Shown here: piece after piece, positions 24,859 to 35,528 of the stretch
Numbering within the stretch: position 1 is the first letter of the stretch
Layout of the letters: every line of letters begins with the position of its first letter
DNA from: Catajapyx aquilonaris
Taxonomy: Eukaryota
Direction: 5' to 3'
Assembly: GCA_000934665.2 (NCBI GenBank)
Contig: JYFJ02003156.1
Location: 1-45,791 of the forward strand
Length of the DNA: 45,791 nucleotides
The notes under the pieces: model-generated
What the model was told of the DNA's origin: nothing
The model's database searches: none
Seen by the model: the letters and a program-made list of their open reading frames with translations, nothing else
Program-made: the position numbers and the translations under genes

Positions 24859-27741
24859 ATATGGTCTTGCAGCAACCAGCAACAATTCACTTTCCACACT
24901 CCAATGTGTATCTATTCTGGACATACACATGAAAAATTGAGCAGATTTATGCAGTTTTACATCGAGTTTGTGTATATGGATCATATATTTCCTATTAGTT
25001 GTAACTAATCCTCATTCCACATCTTCAATCTGCCACATCATAGTGATTGATAATACCTGTTGTTTTTTGAGTGTTTGAATTCTGGGTCCTATTCAAACAA
25101 ATTCCGTAGCCAAATTCAGATATTCGGAAAGGGCCTGATAGCGCTAGGGCTAGAGGGATGGGGGGTTATGTAAAATCCAAAAATAAAATCAATCCCACAA
25201 CTTCGCCTCACCATCGCAGATAGACTGTTCTATGGGTTGGAGGCCCCCAATCTGGCGATATTGGCGTCCATTATCCGGGTTTTGTCCAGGGGAGTGGGGG
25301 GAGGTGGGTTGGTGATGTGATGGCAAAAAGAGCAGCAAATGGAGTGGAAGTGTGAGCGGGAGGGCCAAAAGGTCCGATGGTCCATTTATATGGCTGGTGG
25401 CCAGCCAAAATGCATCGAATGGGAAAGCGTGGGAAAGCGCACGTCGCTGTTGCCTCCCTGAAAGAAGAGGGAAAAAAGAGGGGGGGGGGGGCTGAATTTA
25501 TGACCCTCGGATGCATAATGAAATTTTGACTTCAGCCACCCCCTGAGTCATCCCAGGGTTACCAAAGTCAGTGGGACATATCCGGGGGGTGGGCGGGTGG
25601 AGATGGGGTCTTGTATCCCGGGGATCCGGGACAATGTCGGTCGTCGCGCTCGGCCGAATCTTGGCAGCGACCCGGATTATACGGAGATGGAAGGTGGTGC
25701 CTGGCCCCCTTGATGGCTTTCACTCGTGCCGCGGTTCCGGGAACAGAAAGGACCAGTTATGACCTCCCGGAAAGAGGGTATTAGGGAATTGAATCGGTTG
25801 CTTTACGCGTCAAATCTCCGATGTCTTTGTACAACTTGGAGCCCATTTAACTGCGTGGGTGACGTATCACTCGTGACTCAGTTTATTGTTGCCCAGGATT
25901 AATTCTCGAATTCAGATGTATTGCTGGCTGCGTTGGTTGCCGTCACACCAGTGTTTGTTATGCATGAGCGAGGGCATAGTGGTACGTCGCCTGGCCACGG
26001 GTTTCCCAATGCGAGGACTCGGATTTCGTTTGCATTGTATTTTCTCTTTTGATTGCTGGATTGATCCAGAGTATAAAAAAAACAACAATCAAATGTAGCG
26101 ACTAATATTGTGGAGTGCCTGCACGAATGAAAACGGGGAAAAAATAATATCGCCATATATATTGCGACGATTTATTAGAAGCTGCAGAAAACAATATCCT
26201 CTGTATGGAAGTGCTGCATTCCGAGATAACAGTGGGGCGAGTCTGATGCTGCAAGTTGCGGCAGAGATAGAATTATGAGTGCGGAAGGAGCGCAGTTTGC
26301 TCTTTATCCGTAGCAAGAGTGCGACGGGCTTAGCGAAGAGTATCATTCATTTCTTGGCCATTTGTCCGGATGGATATATCCGGAGGGGCAAAGCCATGGG
26401 AGTGGAGATGGGGGGAAGATACACGCCCCCTCCCTTCTCGTTGCTTGTTTCTCCCTGGAATCGCCCAATTGGTTCCTTGACATCCTTCCTCTCGAGTGAA
26501 AAGCGTCCGTGTAATTTATGGCCGTCCCTCGCACCACCTTTATTTCCTTTCCTGCTAATTCCGGATCCAGAAAAAAAAATACCCAGCGTGCCCGGAAACT
26601 CCGGGAGAGATGTCTCCCTTGGCTACTCTGCTGCCATGTCGCATAACTGGCGCCATCTCAGCTCCAAACAATAATGACGCCAGATGATTGATTACAGCAT
26701 ATGATATTATGTAGGCTGTGTCTGTAAGTCTCATAATTAAATATTGAATGTGTCGAAAATATTTAGAATGATAATGTTTGTACAAAATAGGCGAGTCGAG
26801 TAGGGGCATTAAAACTGGATTATAAATGGGTTCCACGTGAATGGTACGTCACATAATAAAACGGATGCGAGTCTAGACTTTGTTTTGCCGCAGAATCCAA
26901 ATGTGGATTGTGGCGCAATACTTGTGATAGAGTTGGCGGCGGCGGCGGTGGCGGCGGCAGTGATCCTGGCTACAGTAGCATTTGGGATGACGGGGACAAG
27001 TGTAGATGGGGAACGAGCTGGAAAAGCCTCGGGTTAAGCTTGTAATTGGGGTTCCCTTGGTGGGCGCCGAGTGGTCCTCACTTCATTCGCCGATTTCCGA
27101 ATAGCGCCTCCATAAATGCCGCTATTCGCCCACAATAAAACGCTCAACCCGCTCCCCAGTATTAACCCAATCCTTTCTGCATCTCCTCTCCGGACACTAG
27201 CCCTTCCTACACCTACTATTTCTACTACTACACCAGCCAGAGTGCTACTTAAAATGCCGGAAAAAAAAGCCGTGGAGCCAGAGGGTCAGTCCCCAGCACG
27301 TTCTAATTCAGCCCAAATCTAAAAACCTCCTGGCTCCCACACAACCCCATCCCCTCTTCCAGCTTGGAAATTAAAACCCTGAAACAGTTCCCTGGGTTGT
27401 GAATCGCCACATGGAACTCCACTTTATTGCGTGAATGTCCGGATTTTTCAGCATTTTCGGAAGGGAAGGAAAGAGAAAGGGTGGGGGGACCCATTTTGGC
27501 TGACGACAACGAACATCCTTCAAGGCTTGTTTCCTCCGGCACGAAAAAAGTGTGTAAATGCGCAAAAAAACTACATGTTCAGCTCTGGATATGTGCATTT
27601 TTTGGTGCCTGCTGCTACTTATGGCGAAAAGGATGAAGCGTTATGGGGGTATGTTTCTTTTTATGCTCTTGCACGTCGCTACAAGGGTGAAGGGAAACTC
27701 GCGCACAATCGCCAGGTGGACTTATATAGTATTCTCAAAAC

Positions 27742-28032
27742 CGAAGCAGTTTGGAGGAGGGGATATGGTGTCCGACTGCTAATCGGGAGGTCTTGGGATC
27801 AAATCCCGGGGCCGGCAACTCTGACCGTGGTTTTCTGTGGTTTCCCACGGTCCTTCCAGGGAAATTCCGGAGTTGCTTCCGTAATTAATAGGCCACAGCC
27901 GCTTCCTTCCATCCTATCCTATCCCAAAGAGCACAGTAAAAATTAAAAGCAAAGAGTTCCCGGAAAAACAAATTTCCCCCCCCCTAAAGAGCCGATGGCT
28001 GATAACGGGGTATGAATTATTATAATTATATC
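27742..28032 (+). mobile_element. tRNA-derived SINE, family C (diverged head, family-A-like tail)
   Basis: Degenerate B-box GGATCAAATCC; body GTGGTTTTCTGTGGTTTCCCA...GGCCACAGCCGCTTCCTTCC; tail CCCCTAAAGAGCCGATGGCTGATAACGGGGTAT plus AT-rich run; 13-bp TSD GTATTCTCAAAAC (27729-27741 / 28033-28045). Confidence 0.82.
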
Positions 28033-28035
28033 GTA

Positions 28036-28374
28036 TTCTCAAAACTAATATAGGGATGTGCAATTAGTTTTTGGCTCCGTTGCCAAGTTAATGCGTACGG
28101 CGCCTTTAAAGTGTAGAGGGCCGGATTGTAAAATACGAGGCAAAAACGACAAAGTGCACGGATGTCGTACCCGGATTCTTCCTCTCACGAGATTTGATCA
28201 CCTATTGCACATGGGCGGTGTGTTAGGGGACCAAGGCCCTGGAGCTGACTTTTGCTCCTTAGAAGCTGGCGGAACGCACGTGACGTCACGAAACTTTGAC
28301 GGCGCCGTACGCATTAACTACGCAACGGAGTCCAAAACTAATTGCTCAGCATCCCTATATATTAGTTTTGCGAG
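28036..28374. mobile_element. TA-flanked MITE with ~75-bp TIRs
   Basis: Left CAAAACTAATATAGGGATG..GCAATTAGTTTT..CTCCGTTGC..AGTTAATGCGTACGGCGCC is mirrored at ~28293-28374; TA at 28034-35 and 28375-76. Confidence 0.88.
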
Positions 28375-29391
28375 TAGTATAAGTTTACCTGGCGATTGTA
28401 CGCGACTTTCTTTTAAGAGCAGTGGAAACACGCCTGCATTTTAATAGCGTACTGATCCTGGTTTTATTTCTATATATTTTACGACTGATTTTGCCATATT
28501 CCTTTGGGAAGTTGGTGATGGTTAACTGTATCATTATTATTCCTGATTCAAAGAGACGTGTCCTTGGATAAGAGCTCGCTTGACTTGTTAACTTGCCTGC
28601 AGTGTGTTTTCGAATTGAGGTCTGATCCGTATCGGTTAAATTCTCGGAAGGCTATAATTTTCACTTGCGCCTGTCGCTTCTTAGTTATAGGAAAGCTCTT
28701 TAAATGAACTTTCCAATGGTGTATGTACGTATAATTACATAACCTACTCCTCACTTTCCAGTAAGGCAACAGGCACGAATGATAATTTTATTCCGGAGAC
28801 TTTCACCGATATACAAATCTGCGGTGAGTTCAATTCTAAAACTATGACTCTGTCCGACTCCGGCGCTAGGACGAAGTGTAATAACTACAAGAAAAAGACA
28901 CACCGGTCCGGCGAGTCTTCTGTAAAACCGACTATGTCTCTGCTCCAACGTGAATATAAATACAGTATATAGTTGTGAATATACAGCAGTGGACGTCATA
29001 TTGTAATCTTGATGTATTCTGTATATCCTACAGCGTAAAGTATAGGAACAGAGGCATCAACTGGTTTACCGTGAAGCTCCTGACCCTTATATTTACACTT
29101 TACATGTAAGAAGATTTACATAATATTATACTGTGTGTTTCAAAATGTAGCTCACATTGTCGATGGAAAGGATCGTTATTGGCTCCAATCGCGATACTTT
29201 TTAAGTGAGGGTGTCCCTAATAATGTGATGTGAAAAATGGAAAGCCAGTTTATGCCTGATTAAATCCCCAATAGGGAAATCTGGATATTAAAATCACGCA
29301 TTAACCCCATGAATATTAATTGTAGTTGACAATTTTAACCTGAAAATGCTCATCATCTTTCATGTCCATTTAAAAAGCAGTTTCCCTGCTT

Positions 29392-29416
29392 TCTCTCTCT
29401 CTCTCTCTCTCTCTCT
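29392..29416. repeat. (CT)n microsatellite
   Basis: About 12 CT units. Confidence 0.9.
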
Positions 29417-32400
29417 TTATACCACTTTGTACTGTACAGTACTATCTCACACTTGTCATATATTATATCTACGTAAGATGTGCTCGTCGTACGGACATGT
29501 TTTCATTTGAACACATGTGTCACAAACAGTTGTATGTGCTAATGTACAGTACGATGCTTCACTTCATCTGCAAGTGGTTTATGCTTCTGGCTTGAAACGA
29601 CAAATTAGGGAACTTGACCTTCTGAATTTTCCAAGGCTATAAGCTGGATTTGATGCCAATCGGGCACATATTTTGATTTTTAAAAAAATGTATTTTTCTC
29701 TCTCGCAAAAATTCAGAAGCGACTCTTTCAAATGCGGTTGCGATCTAAAAATTTAGCTCGTTGTAATCATAGTAATTATCTATTTCCAGTGATGTAATAA
29801 AATATCTGCTTTTTTGAGTGCGATATCTGAAACTCCGTAAGCTAAGCTGTCCGGGATGACATCGAGAGGTCATAACTTTTGAACTTGTCGTGCTTCGCCG
29901 AAACGGTTTGCATTTTGTTTAACTATAACTTTCCTGCATATATTATTGTGCCAAGTTTCATTCAACAACTCCATTGACAGCACTTACAGTTCCTTTGTAA
30001 GTAGGCAGAAACCTAGTTTCACTGCTTAACATAATATTGTTGATGGGAACAACCGCACTAAATCTTATCACGATTGGAGTAGAGAACGGTCCTATATGGA
30101 AGGGAGCCTTTCGCGAAGCTCGCCTCTGTGAACTTCAAGTTTGATGTAGGATCATGCATGCCTTGTGAAGAAAAATATGGGTTTTGCAGCAACGATCTAG
30201 GTATAACTCGCTACCACTTGAAGGTGAAGCGACTGCTGCAGCGAGTGAAACTGAGCGTCCCCGATATTTTTACCAATATGTACACGGATGGGAACTAATT
30301 CTGAATACTGTATAATTATTATGTATGCCCCTTTTTATATATCAAAAAATGGCCTTTTGATAGAATCGCGTTACTGAGTAAAGAGACCATATCGAGATTT
30401 TCAAAACCAGATTGCACGTTGTTTCTACCTGCAGGTAACGCCTGATAAACTGTATGTGGCAGTGGCAAAGCTACTCGTACATTGTATACTTGATATCGTC
30501 ACGAACACTTTGACTAAAATTCTGTTTATATCTAGGGATTCACACGCATGCAATGAGGATGCGTCAAACGTTTGAAGCCTATAATGAAACTTGCAGATTG
30601 AAGCAATCAGTGGCCAGGTTGGCTTATGCAACAGCCAATACCTATACAGTGCGCTGAATTAATGCCATGCCAGATTAATGAGCTTGCTGTGTAGAGCCAG
30701 TATGATTATTATTGCGCTTCTGCCCGAGAAAGTTGTAAGTGACAGAAAGTATAGGGGCAGGAGGGGGGAGTAATATCGCGGCAATATTTTTGTAATCGGG
30801 GCCTCCTTGCAGTTCATTTCGAGGCCCTGCACCTCAGGCCCGCGTAAAGTTCCGGGAGATTGGCGCATTAAATTTTCCCACTTTTGGCATGGGCTTAGAG
30901 GGAAACAGCAGTTTAGTTCGTGTTTCATTGATTTACGGCATAAAATGCAATTTCCGTTTCTGTTGAACTGTATTTACTGCGGCGGAATGAGCCCCGGCCA
31001 AGGCTTTTGTCGGCTGGGAATGGGCCCCGTTTGAAGTGGAGTTAATAACGGGCACATTTGACGTTGCCCCGGGGCCAGCCAGACCCTCCCCCGCACCCAA
31101 CACCCCCCCCCACCCACACCCGGATTCATATAAGCGCTCCAACTAATAAGTTGACTGTGTGTGTGCTGCTACAACCAGCAGGCTGCAGCAGCTTCACTTC
31201 GACGTTGGACTGCATTCAGCTGGATTTTAAGGCTTTGTCAACACTTACGGACCACAACTCGAGCTATTTTGTACTACTCTCTCAGGGCAGGCGACTAAGA
31301 ATAAATAGGACCTTTTGTTTAGAGTTTTGAAATAATAATTATGTAGGCCATTATTTTTACCCGGCTGCTATAGTTTTGCCTGACACACTGCATGAAAGTT
31401 GCTCCTTTGGGAATTTCATTATATATTCCAGGATGTGTTTAAATAAATAGCCAGCTCCCACTTGGTGTACCCTAGTGACTTACATAGGTGTGACACGAGG
31501 TTTTTTTAACCTGGCATTGTGCGCATGCAGATGAGTCATTAGAGTGCAAATGGCGTGTGATATGAAACCAGCGCACTTCTGAAATACAACGTATAACTCT
31601 AAACGTAAGCAGGAATGGGCGCAATTTTCCAGTGTTGCTCATCAGTCCCGGTATTGCTCGTTTTGCACTTTTAACGGGTATCCGAACCGACGGCCGGTAT
31701 TTTGGCGAATGCTAATGCGTGCAGTCAATGTTCTAAGTTCTGATGACGTGTACCCTGATGGAAGCGGGCAGGACGGGGAGGGTAATAGCATAAAAGCAAA
31801 GTGCAGGCATGCAAAAGTACCCCGTCATCAGGATACAATTTCATGGTTGCCGGAGCCACAAACAGTAATTATGCCGCATTCTCATTAGTAAGCGGTCTAC
31901 TTGCATTATTTTATAATTTGTGGAATCAGTGTAGTAGCTTGTGCGTGCAATTTTTGCAGCATCAGCTCTACCAATTGCCACCAGTTGGCAGCACCCACCC
32001 TGCAGGTTGTTGCGTGACTTAATTGGTCGCAATTTGATTTTTCCAACTGTAGCCTTTCATTTACTCGACTCTTTATTTTTGTCGTTTTTTTGTGCTCCCT
32101 TTCCTGCTTGGTAGTTGTTCGTTGTAGTTAACTAGATTTCCATTGCAAGCGAGAGACGAGGATTGTTTCCCGATCGGGTGGCTCTCACTTTTCGCCAGTC
32201 TGAATGCGGTTTGAAATTAATTTCAGCCAGCTGGGGGTGTGCCCATTGTTCGGCTTGAGTCTTATTGACGTAAGGGAGACGTCTTGTGGAGCAAGTCTTG
32301 CGGTTAACGCGTTTATGAATGCAAAGTGCAGGGACCTTCCCTGACAAACGTTTGCCGAATTACACACCGTCGCGCACTAATATCCGGGGAAATATGAAAC

Positions 32401-32467
32401 CAAGTCGAGCAGGACTTCTTTATCCGGGACTTCTTGCTGGTTTTGTCTCTCTCTGGGGCCTGCCATG

Positions 32468-32483
32468 CAGACACTTGGGCGTC
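32468..32483 (-). promoter_or_regulatory. Candidate BMP/Dpp silencer element (Mad/Medea/Schnurri motif)
   Basis: Minus strand GACGCC-CAAGT-GTCTG is an exact match to GRCGNC(N5)GTCTG; motif match only. Confidence 0.35.
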
Positions 32484-33573
32484 CTACGCACCATTACAGG
32501 GATGAAAGAGGGGTAAAAAAAAGAGAGACGGTGAATGGACCCATTTTGAGTTCAGGACTTGGTAGCGCGGAAGACTCATCAATTATATCTCGGTTTAAAT
32601 ATTGTCCCTCTTGTTTTTTTTGTGTATTTTTTTGTAGGAACCCGTAGGGGACTTTATGCGATGCCATCTCATTTTCACTCGGAATAGGCGAAATCTCTTC
32701 CAATGATTTCTATAAAGCCATTGCCTTTCAAAAAGAGATGTGAATAAGTATCTAAATCCGGTATCTTTCACTCGTACATAATATGATTTGAATCTGTGCT
32801 TGTGAATTATTTGGAATGGTGTGCGGTTTCATATCCTTAAAGCAGATTTTAGAGGTATGTTGCGTGACCCTGTTTGTCCCAGTTTCTCTTTTTTTTTGCC
32901 TATCGCCGCCAACTTGAATAATAAGTATCACTAAACAGACATACAGCGATATTACCAAGCCAGATTGTGTGAAATTGCCAGCATAACGAGGGAAAAAAAT
33001 GACTCGTAAAAAATCTGTTGTAAAGCGACGTACGGTAACATCCTTACTATCATTACACGTAAATTTACACAACAACCCATAAAATGACTGCGTAGCCCCA
33101 TAAAAGCAGGGGCATGTAGGAGTCCCTGCGGACATTTCTGGCCTTCCGGACTTAGGCCATACTGCGAGAGCCGCTCGGAATTTAATCTCCAGGCAATGAG
33201 TACGCCCTCCCGGATTATCCGGGTAAGGCCCGGGAGCGCCGCGTGGGAGCCCCCTCCCTCTCCCCTCTCCCCTCTTGCCATTCCCCTCCCCTCCTCTTCG
33301 GACTCCCACCTCAAGTTTCAAATCCGTCCCAGATTTACGAGCCTGCCCGGAGACTTGCCTACCCGGAATGTTAACCGCTACCTGCCGGGGATGGGAATTT
33401 CGTCTCAACTAGGATTCGGCTCACTTTGGCTGGATTTTTTAAATACTTATACGTCACACCTGCCACCAAAAAATATGCGGCAAGTCATTTGCTTTCACCT
33501 AAACAAAGTCTGATCAGAATTTCAATGTAGGCCTTGTAGATAGGCCCTACGTGCGTTACCTTCCTATACTATA

Positions 33574-33918
33574 CAGGGTGTTCCGATTCAAATCAGTTTG
33601 AGCACTAACCTGTTTATTTTAAGCCGTTATTTTTAGTGCATGTCAAATGTATTTGCTGCTAATACATTAGGCCGAATTGAATAGTCTACCCCAGCTCTGA
33701 GATGAATTTCCGTTTGGGAATGACCCATTAGAGCAATTTTCATCGAACACCAATGATTGGACTCATTTTGTGTTGGCGTTATAAAGAATGGAACCGTGCA
33801 ATCTAATATTACCAGCTAATACTTTTCATAACGGATTCAAAGTGTTTGAAATAAACAGCTAAGTGGCAAAAATTGTTATTCACTACTATAGGCCTATCAT
33901 TTCAATTGGCTCACCTTA
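33574..33918. mobile_element. Old mariner-type MITE
   Basis: TACAGGGTGTTCCGATTCAAAT vs revcomp of right end TATAAGGTGAGCCAATTGAAAT (16/22); second inverted match CACTAACCTGTTTATTTTAA vs revcomp near 33845-33870. Confidence 0.5.
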
Positions 33919-34250
33919 TATCTTTAGAACATAAATCTCTGCAGAGTAATACTATACTACATTTTCGAGTGTCTGAATTGATGTGAAAAGATTCCGGACG
34001 TTATATCCTGACAGAAAATAAAAGATTCACGATCATTGAATATAGTCATTCTACTGTGGCTTATTCCAATGATTATGCCAAACAAGCATCAAAATTACCA
34101 TTCGCAAACTCGATCTAAAATAACGACCTGGAAATCCCTTATGTCCCTCATGAAACGATCGCTTACAAAATCCCACAAATTCTAAAATATTGGGTTCCAG
34201 TGTTTGCGAAAAAACTAAAAGAAACATATAGTAGCAAGTAGGTCTACTTG

Positions 34251-34599
34251 GGGAGGTGTGGTGGCCGTGATGGTAACGTCACGGCTTGCTGAGTGAAAGG
34301 CCCCAGGTTCGATCCCCGCCTGGGGAGCTTTCCTTTCACCTGCGTCAGGAGGGTCTCTGACCTGCACCAAGGAGGTGTCTGGCAACCTAACCTCCTGGGG
34401 GACAGCACATGACCCATTTGTAGACATTGCACTTGCACCTATGTTCCCTCCCCAAAAAATCCCTACCCCTACCCGACATCCTTGACTCCTTGCACCGGTG
34501 AATGAAGAAAAGTGTAAAAACAAAGAGAAAACTGATGGTGGTGTGCCACCCCCCAAAGAGGCCTTTGATGCCTAGCACGGGGTATTTAAAAAAAAAAAA
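34251..34599 (+). mobile_element. tRNA-derived SINE, family A copy 2 (full length, young)
   Basis: A-box TGGCCGTGATGG, B-box GGTTCGATCCC, poly(A) tail, perfect 15-bp TSD AAGTAGGTCTACTTG (34236-34250 / 34600-34614). Confidence 0.95.
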
Positions 34600-35452
34600 A
34601 AGTAGGTCTACTTGTATAATTTGCACAACAACTGCAGTTCACTACATTCCTTGCTCTGATGCATTGATTGCAAGTTTTTTTAAATATCCCCGCAAAACCA
34701 TTATTATACGTAGAAAGGGAGACGACGTAACTAATTTCTTTCTGTTACACTGTTCAAGGTAATGGGTCGAGAATGTTACATTGTCATTAATTGATGGTAA
34801 CAATAAACATGCCAATAATAAAGATAAATCCGTCCATCCACTGCCTGCAGTGGTGCCATGGGTCCTTTTGCGGATTTTGATGGGAATGATGATGAAAGCA
34901 TTTTATGATCCATAAAATAAGAGGAAAGTCGCCACATGCGGACCCGGAGCTTCATTTTGCCAACTAGGTGATGCAGACTAAAAGCGAGACGGCCAAAAGG
35001 TTCATCAGTAAAGACGGCGTGAAGATATAGTGTAATCGCAATCACGTAGTTAGCATTGTTCAGTAATGAGTGGTGGGTTGATTTCTATTTTAGCGATTTG
35101 TGAAATTGTTGCAGCCTTTCTTCTCTTTGGGCATAGCTTGACTTTGTCATTGGTCAGAGTTGGTTTTTCACCCTGACTACTAGAAATAGAGTAGACGTAA
35201 CGATATATGTGGAAATGTCACTGCTTCTTAAATGTATAATACTTTAAAATGACATGCTTTCAAAGCAACGCTCTTCCCCAAATGCGGACTCCTACGAGTT
35301 CCAAAAGAGGCCCCCCACATGGGGGTTGAGGGAGGGGGTAAGAGAGGAGAAAGTGTGCGAAAGAGGCCTTGAAGGAAGGTTCTGAGTTGAGATGCTTTGT
35401 CGCGGTTAAAATGGTTCAACAGCATTAACAACTTCGAATAACTGATTTTGTT

Positions 35453-35528
35453 CACTGGAACAAAAATAATTACGCCCAGCTATTTAAACAGGTTTAAATA
35501 GCTGGGCGTAATTATTTTTGTTCGAGTG
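35453..35528. repeat. 76-bp near-perfect palindrome
   Basis: 37-bp arms (36/37 match) around a 2-nt AG centre. Confidence 0.95.

Noticed and set aside
29606..30000. DNA-transposon-like relic (GGAACT ends, TGCCAAGTTTCA and CATAACTTTT motifs)
   Set aside because: Probably an old repeat, but the termini match too briefly to define an element.
32752..33408. 218-aa minus-strand ORF
   Set aside because: No recognisable domain; length is explained by a GC-rich, G/A-biased tract.
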